Positions 33,052-40,908 of a stretch of 40,908 nucleotides of DNA are shown piece by piece. Every line of letters begins with the position of its first letter. Positions within the stretch are counted from its first letter, which is position 1. A program made the position numbers and the translations under genes. This DNA is from a virus: the IMG/VR virus record IMGVR_UViG_3300007520_000036. One strand, given 5' to 3'. The notes under the pieces are model-generated. The model ran no database searches and was not told where the DNA came from. It saw only the letters and a list, made by a program, of their open reading frames with translations.

Positions 33052-33920
33052 CGCTCAAAGAAATTATAGAAGCAAAAGACAGGGCGCTGATTTCCGCGCC
33101 TTTGTCTTTTAACGCAGCGGTCAACGCGGCGCAAAGACAGCTTCTACAACAAGCCTTGCAGCTAGTTGGGCAACTTGAATACAGTGAGGGTTTGCTAGTG
33201 CTGAGCGAAACAAACTACGCGCGTATAGGTCAAATTATCGAAGCCATGCGCGGCACGCTGAGCCGCGGCGAATACGCGTCGGCGGTTGTTGGACTTGCCA
33301 CCAACATGGCACTGCAAGCGTCGCTCACTAGAGATTATTTCGACGCTGTTTTTGGCGATGCTTTTAGCGATAAAGCGCTTTATCAAATGGCATTTAAAAA
33401 AGCGCAACAAAACGCGCTGTTATCGCTTACATCAGAAGGCATCGACGCTAACTTCTTAAACATATTCCGCGATCAACTGACCGACGCTACAAGTGCAACA
33501 ATGAGCCGCGGACAACTAGAGTCGACTGTTAGGCTGTTTATTGAAGGCGATGCAAAGCGGCTCGGAAGGCTTCGCGGCTACACGGGTCAAATCGCTGACG
33601 ATATATTCAGTATTATAGATAGGAGCTACACCAAAATAATAAGCGAAGACCTAGACGTGCAGTTCTACCTTTATTCGGGCGGAATTATCGACGATAGCCG
33701 CCCGTTTTGCGTGACCCGTCATAACAAGTATTATCACCGCATGGAAGTAGCAGCATGGGGGAGCTTAGCCGATTGGACGGGTAAGATTGCGGGCACTAAC
33801 CAAAGCACTATATTCATCTATGCCGGTGGCTACCGTTGTCGCCATTCAATACTACCCGTAGCGATAAGCAGCGTGCCTGAGGCTGTTATTCGGCGCGCTG
33901 AGCGCCTTGGGTTTATGTAG
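33048..33920 (+). CDS. Head morphogenesis protein (Mu F / SPP1 gp7 family)
   Basis: C-terminal RPFCVTRHNKYY...GGYRCRHSILPV matches the Phage_Mu_F C...C...H.nCRC pattern. Confidence 0.65.
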   Translation: MTLKEIIEAKDRALISAPLSFNAAVNAAQRQLLQQALQLVGQLEYSEGLLVLSETNYARIGQIIEAMRGTLSRGEYASAVVGLATNMALQASLTRDYFDAVFGDAFSDKALYQMAFKKAQQNALLSLTSEGIDANFLNIFRDQLTDATSATMSRGQLESTVRLFIEGDAKRLGRLRGYTGQIADDIFSIIDRSYTKIISEDLDVQFYLYSGGIIDDSRPFCVTRHNKYYHRMEVAAWGSLADWTGKIAGTNQSTIFIYAGGYRCRHSILPVAISSVPEAVIRRAERLGFM

Positions 33921-33977
33921 TTTGCTACTTTCAATGTAACTACTTAATTTTACAACACACATTTAAACAGAACTATC

Positions 33978-34241
33978 ATGGAAAAAGGTAAAAGAGTACG
34001 TGCTATCCGCGACAATAAGGTAGTGTTTATTAGCCAAAAGACCGCGCGCGATTCGGGATTTCTTAGGAAGTACGGAATACGCGTTGACGACGAAAAGTTT
34101 AACCCAAGCGCACCTGTTGAAGCAGAGCTGCCTGTAAAGCCAACGCCGACACCTGAGCCGGTTATGCTTACAAAGCAGGTCGAAGCACTATCGTTTGCAT
34201 CTATTGAAAAACCTAAACGCACAACTAAAACCGTAAAATAA
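33978..34241 (+). CDS. Hypothetical basic protein (87 aa)
   Basis: ORF with a TAATG junction to the scaffold gene. Confidence 0.5.
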   Translation: MEKGKRVRAIRDNKVVFISQKTARDSGFLRKYGIRVDDEKFNPSAPVEAELPVKPTPTPEPVMLTKQVEALSFASIEKPKRTTKTVK

Positions 34242-35050
34242 TGGCTATTGACCAAAAGGAAATCGCAAAGTATCTATTTGATGCTGAGCAGTCGTTTGAA
34301 ACTATCGACGCTTTCAAAGACGCTTTGAACGCCCGTTTTGTGAGCCGTGAAGTCGCGGCGGAAGACGAAGAAATCAAAAACAAGGTGACGGGGAAGGTAT
34401 TAGGGGCTTTAGAAACCAAAATGAAGCGTGAATTTGGGCTGACAGAAGAAGAGGTCCGCGGCAAAAAGGTTTCCGAGCTTATTGAATTGGCAGGTGTTCG
34501 CGTAAAAAGCAACGTCGAAGCACTTACAGCCGAATTGGAAGCGGCCAAAAAAGGCAGCAACGGAACCGAGGAAATCGCTAAGCTGCAATCCGATTTGAAC
34601 GCCGCAAAGCTACGCGCAAAGGAAAACGAAGACCTTGCAACGGCCAACGCGACGAAGCTTGAAGAAGCAACCAATATCTTCGCAAAGGAAAAAGGCGGCA
34701 TATTAGTGGGCTACAAATTAGAGCAAATCAAGGCATCTATACCTTGGGCTGAGTCTGCCAACGAGTACACGCGGAAGGGCTTTGATTTTGCCATTAAAGA
34801 AAACTATATCTTTGAAGAAGAAAACGGCGAGTTGATAGTAACCGACAAAACAGGCAACAGAATTCAGAACGAGAAAAAAACAGGCTTTATCAAGCCTGAC
34901 GAACTTCTGAAATCCGAAGCTGACAAAGCAGGCTTGCTCAAAAAAGCAAGCGGTGCACCGGGAGCAAATCAACCGATACGACAATACACGCCAGCAAGTA
35001 ATACGGGCAACGGCAGACAGCCGCACCCCAACTACAAGCCGCGCGCGTAA
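34241..35050 (+). CDS. Scaffolding protein (putative)
   Basis: Charged, helical, coiled-coil-like sequence directly upstream of the capsid gene. Confidence 0.55.
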   Translation: MAIDQKEIAKYLFDAEQSFETIDAFKDALNARFVSREVAAEDEEIKNKVTGKVLGALETKMKREFGLTEEEVRGKKVSELIELAGVRVKSNVEALTAELEAAKKGSNGTEEIAKLQSDLNAAKLRAKENEDLATANATKLEEATNIFAKEKGGILVGYKLEQIKASIPWAESANEYTRKGFDFAIKENYIFEEENGELIVTDKTGNRIQNEKKTGFIKPDELLKSEADKAGLLKKASGAPGANQPIRQYTPASNTGNGRQPHPNYKPRA

Positions 35051-35170
35051 AGCACGACAAGATGTGCCTGAGTTATCGGGGCAATAAATACGGGTAGCGT
35101 TTTAAAAGTTGTGCCTTTCTGCTCGGGCATCATTCGCGCATAAATCCAAACAATTAAAACGTAAAACAAA

Positions 35171-36208
35171 ATGTCATACGCATTTAACTCATTTATCAAC
35201 TGCCCCGATATTCAGGGCAGACTTGAAGACGGCTATTTCCGTGGAGACCCCACGATGTTTCAAGGCCATATCAACGTGCTTCGCGCCGTAACCGCTCCTT
35301 TCAATGAAAGCGGCGTTATGCAGCGTCAAATCGACACGCGCAACGGCAAGTATCGCCAGGTCGAGGTTGTTTATCAGCCCCGCCTTTCAGTTACAGACGT
35401 TAGCACAAGTGCCGCACTGACCTGCGCCGGTGGTGCTACATACGGCGAAACATCGACCGTGTACAACATCGACCCTGCTGTCGGTGCTTCCTTCCCTTGG
35501 TCTGTAAGTTTAACCGATTTAGCCGCGCGTTGCGAGGCTGACGAAAACTACATCGCTCGCATGGTTGAAAAAGGTATGTCGGCAATCAAACGCTCGATGA
35601 ATCAAGAAGCTGTTGCTTTCCTTGATGCCAATTTTGGACCGCTCGGCTACGGCGACACGACCTTCACGACTAAGACAAAGCTTACCAACGGCGCTTTTGT
35701 TGACGATTACCTATCTGACATTATGTATCAGTACGAGCTTGCCGAAGGGTGGAATCGTCCTGTTGTTGTTGGCGGCGAATTGTCACGCAAGTACATGACC
35801 GCTTTACGCGCTCATTGTTGCGCTACGGTAAACGTTGACCTGCAAGCATTGGCAGGTAGCGACGCTGAAGCTTACTTCTTCTTCGAGCCGACCGCCGACA
35901 CCGTATTCGGTGCAGGTCAGTTCGCATTCTGGGCGCCGGGTGCTGTTCAGTTGATTCGTTACAACGAGTTCACGAACGTACAAGGGCCGCGCGGTATTGA
36001 CGACGGTGCGATTAAAATCGGCACTATCAGCGACCCGCAGACCGGCTTAGACTTTGACTACTACGCTCAATTTGATTGCGGCGTGTGGAATTTTCAGTTG
36101 AAGCTTGCCTACAAGTTCATCAGTATGCCTGAGGATATGTTCCTCACAAACGACAACTTGTCGGGCGTGAATTACATCTTCAACGGTGTAGTGACCAATC
36201 CGTCATAA
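35171..36208 (+). CDS. Major capsid protein (putative)
   Basis: 345 aa, located after the scaffold gene and followed by a terminator. No motif-level proof. Confidence 0.6.
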   Translation: MSYAFNSFINCPDIQGRLEDGYFRGDPTMFQGHINVLRAVTAPFNESGVMQRQIDTRNGKYRQVEVVYQPRLSVTDVSTSAALTCAGGATYGETSTVYNIDPAVGASFPWSVSLTDLAARCEADENYIARMVEKGMSAIKRSMNQEAVAFLDANFGPLGYGDTTFTTKTKLTNGAFVDDYLSDIMYQYELAEGWNRPVVVGGELSRKYMTALRAHCCATVNVDLQALAGSDAEAYFFFEPTADTVFGAGQFAFWAPGAVQLIRYNEFTNVQGPRGIDDGAIKIGTISDPQTGLDFDYYAQFDCGVWNFQLKLAYKFISMPEDMFLTNDNLSGVNYIFNGVVTNPS

Positions 36209-36233
36209 TCGGGTAGCTTCTGCTCGATGTGTG

Positions 36234-36268
36234 AGGGGGTGCAGCAATGTACCCCTTTCTTTTTTTTT
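36234..36268 (+). terminator. Rho-independent terminator after the capsid gene
   Basis: Stem agggggt/acccctt (one G.U pair), 10-nt loop, T-rich run tttcttttttttt. Confidence 0.65.
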
Positions 36269-36269
36269 G

Positions 36270-36277
36270 TACTTTTG
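36270..36277 (+). promoter_or_regulatory. TACTTTTG -7 promoter motif
   Basis: TAnnTTTG lies 16 nt upstream of the ATG at 36294. Confidence 0.4.
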
Positions 36278-36293
36278 GGTAAATAAAAACACA

Positions 36294-37298
36294 ATGGCAA
36301 ACTGTTACGATAACGTCATAGGCATTAAAGGCTATTGCAGCGATGTAACGCCTTCAAGCGGGTTGTGGCTTAACGACCTCACAGGACTTGATTTGATAAG
36401 CTTAGACCACGGCGCAAACGCTGAGCAACAAACGGCAATTACATTGGTGCTGAGTAAAATTGAATCCGCTTTTAATCTCATGAAAGCCGAATCGCAGAAC
36501 ATCATGTCGTCACGGTGGCATTTCCAAACATCTGCAAGCGATAGCGTTATAGGCTTTTTTCCCGAATCTGTATCACCGATTGCCGCCGCTCCTGTTTTTC
36601 GAGGCATAGCGGCACGGTTCGGACAGGTCGATTACTTTAGCTTAGGGCTGACGGCTATAACGTTTCTTTTGCCCGAGACCGTAGCCAATATCCCCGTGTT
36701 TGTCGTCGACCTCAGAACAGGCGTTACTGTCGACACCATAGCTTGCAGCAGCGTTGCCAACGTGCCGACGCGCACCAACGTGGCAAAGAAGTACATAACA
36801 AGCGGGCAGATGCTTAACTACGCGTTTTTGTTCGATACCACGACTATTCAAACCTACAACACCACGCTTTACCCTACGGCTTCATGTGGCTCGTGTAAAA
36901 ACGGATATTACGAAAACGGTAGCATCTTAGAGCGGGCAATAAAAATACCTACTGCATCGGCTAAGGTCGAGGCGAATATATCGAGCGACGGCTTTGCGGG
37001 CGGTATGTCGGTACAATATCAGCTTGCTTGTAGCTTCGACTCGTTGCTATGCGCACATATGCCACAGCTTGGATATGCGTTGCTGTATAAAACGGGTTCG
37101 CTTCTAATGCAAGAGCTTAAGTATAGCAAGCGGCTCAACGGTATAATATTCACTAACCGCGAAAGCTTTTCTGAGCTAGAAGTATACTATCAGCAGAAGT
37201 ACGAGGAATATTTAAACACGTATTGGAACAGGGCAAATTTAAGTTCCGGCTGTATTATCTGCAACAAATCTATTAAACAAGTCGTCCGCATACCATGA
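36294..37298 (+). CDS. Virion-module protein (334 aa), function unknown
   Basis: I chose the ATG at 36294 (MANCYDN...). The track start at 36231 lies in the terminator. Confidence 0.5.
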   Translation: MANCYDNVIGIKGYCSDVTPSSGLWLNDLTGLDLISLDHGANAEQQTAITLVLSKIESAFNLMKAESQNIMSSRWHFQTSASDSVIGFFPESVSPIAAAPVFRGIAARFGQVDYFSLGLTAITFLLPETVANIPVFVVDLRTGVTVDTIACSSVANVPTRTNVAKKYITSGQMLNYAFLFDTTTIQTYNTTLYPTASCGSCKNGYYENGSILERAIKIPTASAKVEANISSDGFAGGMSVQYQLACSFDSLLCAHMPQLGYALLYKTGSLLMQELKYSKRLNGIIFTNRESFSELEVYYQQKYEEYLNTYWNRANLSSGCIICNKSIKQVVRIP

Positions 37299-37840
37299 CC
37301 TTAGCGCAACAAATCGAAAGCTTAGAACGTAAAAAGCAGATGTTAATATCGGGGCGGGACAAAGCACTTCGCGTCGCCGCTCTTGATACGACGGCGGCTG
37401 TATCGATGCGAATCTTTACCTCAGGCGGTGCGCAACGTGGGCGAATTGGTAGCTACTCGACGCGGCCTATGTTTGCAACGCAGTCACAGTTCGTGAAAAA
37501 AGCAGCGTTTAAAAAAGACGGGTTTATACGCTTTCCCGGCAGCAGCGGCGCAACTCCGATCATGAATCTCCCCGGCGGATATAAGCAGCTCAGGGCTATT
37601 CAAGGCAGACCTACCAACACGGTCAACCTAGACTATTCCGGCGCAACACGTAAAGACTTCGAGAATAGCGTGCGCAAATGGGGCAACGGATATGCGGCTA
37701 TTGTAAAGCGCGATTTAAGCGCCGAAATAATCGAAAAGAACGAGCTTCATTTTAAGAAAAAGATTTTCGCTTTGACTGACAAGGAATTGATACACTTTGA
37801 AAAAACGCTTACTAAAGAAGTAATGAAATGGATTTCTTAG
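37295..37840 (+). CDS. Virion-module protein (head-tail joining?), function unknown
   Basis: ATGA-coupled. 181 aa. Confidence 0.4.
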   Translation: MTLAQQIESLERKKQMLISGRDKALRVAALDTTAAVSMRIFTSGGAQRGRIGSYSTRPMFATQSQFVKKAAFKKDGFIRFPGSSGATPIMNLPGGYKQLRAIQGRPTNTVNLDYSGATRKDFENSVRKWGNGYAAIVKRDLSAEIIEKNELHFKKKIFALTDKELIHFEKTLTKEVMKWIS

Positions 37841-39345
37841 CCTTAACCACCGCAATATTCGACCGCATTGCGCCGTATCAATTAGTACGACATACAGGCT
37901 TTGCCGAGGTGATAACCGACAAGGATAAAAAGTACCCCGCCGTGTTTTGCACCAACGGTGAATTTAAGCACGTCGACGGTGGTTACGATTGGAACGAGGG
38001 TATAGCTTACGTGCGCGTGAATGGTAGGCAGTCACAAAGCGACGCGCCTGAATCGGCTTACTTCATGGGCTGTCAGGACTTACAGAATATCAGCATACCG
38101 CTTCGCCTTGTGCTAATAGCCCGCCGCGATAAGTGGCTACCTTTCGACGCGGCGCAAACTATTGCCTCTGCTATCGGCGGCAACTACCGCAACTTAGCCT
38201 TAGAAATCGGCGCGGTGTATGTTAGCGTGAATTCAACAGATACAGAAAGCAATTACACTACGGTTTTAGAAGATGAATTTGAGGGCGTAGATATTCGCTT
38301 CGACACCTCGCTTATGGCTATTTACGTAGACATTGTTGTCGAGTTACAAGGCGACGCGCAATGTTTAGCAACACCTGCTTGCATTGCTGTCGTTCCCGAA
38401 CCGTTATGGCTTGCGGGGGTAAGTAATGGAAGGCTTTACCGCTCTATTAATGGCGGTACGACATGGGCGGAAACACAGCCCGCTGGAAATTTTAACGCAA
38501 CGTGGGCAGGCTCTCACGTAGCTACCCTAGGAACTTTTGCTTTTGTGACAACCAACACAAAACTATACAGGTCTAACGACGGCGGGGCTACATGGGTGGA
38601 ATTGACAAGCCCGAACGCAAACACTAACTTAGGAGTAATAAGCGGCGCAAAGGAAAACGGCAAAGTACTTGCAATAGGCACGCCTATAAACACGGCGTTA
38701 CCAAACATATTTTTATCCGATACTAACGGGCTAAACCTTGCATCCTTTACCATCGACGGTATAACAACGGCACGGGAGTACACAAATTCAAAAATGAGCA
38801 GCAACGGGCAAAAGATTGTTGTTGCAGGCGATAATAGGGACTTTAGGGCAGCAGGTGTTCGGTTTACAACAAGGCTTACAACAGACAACGGCGCAACGTG
38901 GTCAACACCTTTTAATGTAAGCAACTCGTTTTATGTAGTTTATGCAGTTAATGATTTGTTGGATAAAATTTTTATTGCTGAATTCAATTCGGTCTTAACG
39001 TTTAATTCACTAAAAAGAACGATTGACGGCGGCGCGACATGGGACACGGCGGCAGGCGTGACAAGTGGCGGGTTCTTTGACATGAGCGGCGACGGCACTA
39101 CGTTGTATTGGGCTACGTCTTCAATACTTCGCAAATCGACTAACAACGGCACGTCGTTTACCACACTCACAATACCAAGCAGGGCAGGCAATATTCAGGA
39201 AGTCCGCACCAATTTGAACGGGCTAAAATTGTTAGTGCTGACATCTCAACGCGCCTACCTAAGCTTAGACGGCGGCACGACTTGGGCGCAAACACAACCG
39301 AACGGAAACAGTAACTTCAATTGGGACTTAGGATTTATTCAATAA
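37828..39345 (+). CDS. Virion protein with a C-terminal BNR/Asp-box beta-propeller
   Basis: Six Asp-box-like motifs: SINGGTTW, SNDGGATW, TDNGATW, IDGGATW, STNNGTSF, SLDGGTTW. Confidence 0.7.
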   Translation: MDFLALTTAIFDRIAPYQLVRHTGFAEVITDKDKKYPAVFCTNGEFKHVDGGYDWNEGIAYVRVNGRQSQSDAPESAYFMGCQDLQNISIPLRLVLIARRDKWLPFDAAQTIASAIGGNYRNLALEIGAVYVSVNSTDTESNYTTVLEDEFEGVDIRFDTSLMAIYVDIVVELQGDAQCLATPACIAVVPEPLWLAGVSNGRLYRSINGGTTWAETQPAGNFNATWAGSHVATLGTFAFVTTNTKLYRSNDGGATWVELTSPNANTNLGVISGAKENGKVLAIGTPINTALPNIFLSDTNGLNLASFTIDGITTAREYTNSKMSSNGQKIVVAGDNRDFRAAGVRFTTRLTTDNGATWSTPFNVSNSFYVVYAVNDLLDKIFIAEFNSVLTFNSLKRTIDGGATWDTAAGVTSGGFFDMSGDGTTLYWATSSILRKSTNNGTSFTTLTIPSRAGNIQEVRTNLNGLKLLVLTSQRAYLSLDGGTTWAQTQPNGNSNFNWDLGFIQ

Positions 39346-39358
39346 GAAAAACACAGAT

Positions 39359-40618
39359 ATGAATAGCACTTTAAGCAAGGCAAGCCTAATCTTCATTGCG
39401 GGCGCACCGTACAAAGCAAGCGAGGCATACATGGCCAAACCCGCTACGAGCTTCTTCACTTTCACCCGTGCGGGCGCAACGGCTACCCGTATCAATTCGG
39501 CGGGGCTTATCGAGGTAGTTTCGGCTAACGTGCCACGCCTCGACTACTATCCGCAGCAATCATGCCCGACGCTGCTGCTTGAAGACGATGCTGTTAATTT
39601 GACAACATATTCAGCAGACTTGACAAATATCGCCTATGTGCTTTTCGGTGCAACAATAGCAGCCAATTCAGCAGCCTCGCCAATGGTGGGCGACTTAGCC
39701 GACAAGCTAACCGAGGACGTGTCGACAGGCTTGCATGGATTCGCAAAAAACACAGAGCTTGGCGGCGCGGTTGATAGCTCGCCCTACTGCATAAGCTTGT
39801 TTTTAAAGGCAAGCGGTAGGCAGCGCGTTCAGATGTTTGACAACGCCCAAAACGCTTCGGGGTTAAGTGTATTTGACCTTTCAACAGGAACGGTAGTAAG
39901 CGGCACGGGCAAAATTCAGCTTTACGGCAACGGGTATTATCGTTGTACTATTTTTCCTTTAAAAAACTTTAGCACAACCTCCGTTGCTTTTGTACGGTTA
40001 ATAGATACAGGTACTAATACATCATACACAGGTGATGGCGTTTCGGGGGTATTGGCGTTTGGAATGCAAGTTGCCACGTCGCTAACATCGTATATTCAGA
40101 CAAAAGCAAGCACAGTCACGCGTAACGTTGAGATATTAACGCTTTCAGCAGCTACGGCATTAATCGGACAAACTGAGGGGACTATATTTGTGGAAGTGCT
40201 TTACGACGCAAGCACCGAAAACCGAGCGCCAACAGCAGGGCAGCCGATAATTGGCGTGGGTACGGATGGTAATAATTATAGCACTATATTACTTCAAGGA
40301 GGTAATGATGGAGCACAGTCAAACAGGGTATTGAGCTACACGGCTAACGGGGGTGTAGCACAATCGCAAATATTAAGCGCAGCGCAAGTTTCAGGCGTGG
40401 TAAAAATAGCCTACACCTACGCCGCGGGGTCATTCAAGCTTTTTATAAACGGCGTTAAGGTCGGCGAGGAATTGTCGGGAACAGTGCCAACAGGCGGAAA
40501 CATATTCTTTGGTAATTCCTCAGCAGCAGGGGCTTTATTTGCGATTAACCTTAAAACCGCTTTGCTTCTTAAAGCCGTAATGCCAGAAGCCGAAGCAATT
40601 GAATTAACTACGATTTAA
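39359..40618 (+). CDS. Fibre / receptor-binding candidate with a LamG/concanavalin-like C-terminal domain
   Basis: VKIAYTYAAGSFKLFINGVKVGEELSGTVPTGGNIFFGNS is a typical LamG-like beta-sandwich ending. Confidence 0.45.
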   Translation: MNSTLSKASLIFIAGAPYKASEAYMAKPATSFFTFTRAGATATRINSAGLIEVVSANVPRLDYYPQQSCPTLLLEDDAVNLTTYSADLTNIAYVLFGATIAANSAASPMVGDLADKLTEDVSTGLHGFAKNTELGGAVDSSPYCISLFLKASGRQRVQMFDNAQNASGLSVFDLSTGTVVSGTGKIQLYGNGYYRCTIFPLKNFSTTSVAFVRLIDTGTNTSYTGDGVSGVLAFGMQVATSLTSYIQTKASTVTRNVEILTLSAATALIGQTEGTIFVEVLYDASTENRAPTAGQPIIGVGTDGNNYSTILLQGGNDGAQSNRVLSYTANGGVAQSQILSAAQVSGVVKIAYTYAAGSFKLFINGVKVGEELSGTVPTGGNIFFGNSSAAGALFAINLKTALLLKAVMPEAEAIELTTI

Positions 40619-40628
40619 CAAAATGTAA

Positions 40629-40636
40629 TATATTTG
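40629..40636 (+). promoter_or_regulatory. TATATTTG -7 promoter motif 4 nt upstream of the holin-like ATG
   Basis: TAnnTTTG in the 22-bp intergenic space. Confidence 0.45.
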
Positions 40637-40640
40637 AATC

Positions 40641-40835
40641 ATGAAACAACTAATATCAGGACTGAAACACACGCCCTCGACACTTGTCGGGCTGCTGCTG
40701 ATTGCAGCATCAATCTTTTTACTCGTTACCGGTAAAATCGAGTTCAACGAATTTAAAGGCTACGCGACCGAGGCGGTATTACTTATCGCAGGTATCGGAG
40801 CGGCGTTTTACAAACCTACCACTAAAAGCAAGTAA
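40641..40835 (+). CDS. Holin-like small membrane protein (2 TM)
   Basis: 64 aa. Helices LVGLLLIAASIFLLVTG and AVLLIAGIGAAFY, with a charged C-terminus. First gene of the lysis cluster. Confidence 0.5.
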   Translation: MKQLISGLKHTPSTLVGLLLIAASIFLLVTGKIEFNEFKGYATEAVLLIAGIGAAFYKPTTKSK

Positions 40836-40908
40836 TCATGATTGACCCACAAGATGCACTGTATTTTATCTACTTAGGTAGCGAAACCGACCCTATCGAA
40901 GGTTACGA
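40786..40908. repeat. Second copy of the 123-bp terminal repeat
   Basis: Identical to 1..123. Confidence 0.95.

Noticed and set aside
35171-36208. Bacteroidota O-glycosylation sequons D-(S/T)-(A/I/L/V/M/T) in the capsid protein (DTT, DTV), as support for virion glycosylation
   Set aside because: A three-residue motif is expected about once per few hundred residues by chance. That general pathway is also periplasmic, whereas virions assemble in the cytoplasm, so this is not evidence either way.
36218-36226. TTCTGCTCG 9-mer present both upstream (35117..35125) and downstream (36218..36226) of the capsid gene
   Set aside because: Two copies of a 9-mer in 41 kb are not far from chance, and no extended similarity surrounds them.
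1-40908. Lysogeny module, CRISPR array, transposon/IS element or defence island
   Set aside because: I saw no integrase or recombinase motifs, no repressor/antirepressor pair beyond one small HTH protein, no spaced direct-repeat array and no transposase-like ORF. The genome reads as a self-contained, apparently non-integrative phage.

Overview
The window is one complete, circularly closing genome of a tailed dsDNA phage. Its unique length is 40,785 bp, because bases 1-123 recur at 40786-40908. I saw no rRNA, tRNA, CRISPR array, transposase or integrase. Layout: (1) a lysis cassette spans the junction (holin-like 40641..40835, membrane proteins, Amidase_3-type endolysin 887..1432). (2) A leftward early operon holds about 16 small, ATGA-coupled genes (1433..6124), including a small C5-MTase-like gene and a DUF4326 gene. 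(3) A divergent promoter region lies at 6125..6237. (4) A rightward early/replication operon (6238..17060) encodes a YqaJ-type exonuclease, a DUF3127 SSB-like protein, a C5 DNA MTase, a DUF4373 initiator, an SNF2-ATPase::N6/N4-MTase fusion, a DnaB helicase and a DnaA-domain-IV protein. (5) Next come terminase (17143..18913) and a tail module (18953..26944) with a -1 frameshifted chaperone and an 855-aa tape measure. (6) A five-enzyme glycosyltransferase/methyltransferase cassette lies at 27012..31233. (7) The head module and glycan-binding fibre-like proteins fill 31273..40618. A Bacteroidota host is inferred from four things: no Shine-Dalgarno sequences, A/C-rich leaders, eleven intergenic TAnnTTTG (-7 type) promoter motifs, and the DUF4373/DUF3127 families. 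The most noteworthy observations are: the cytoplasmic glycan-building cassette wedged between tail and head genes; roughly 7-fold depletion of GATC; three DNA methyltransferases in AT-rich islands, one fused to an SNF2 ATPase and bracketed by identical 14-nt leader repeats; a three-way-junction RNA structure plus terminator between a promoter motif and the replication initiator gene; and a DnaJ-type CxxCxGxG zinc-finger pair inside the putative portal. All domain calls come from motifs read by eye. No database search was possible.
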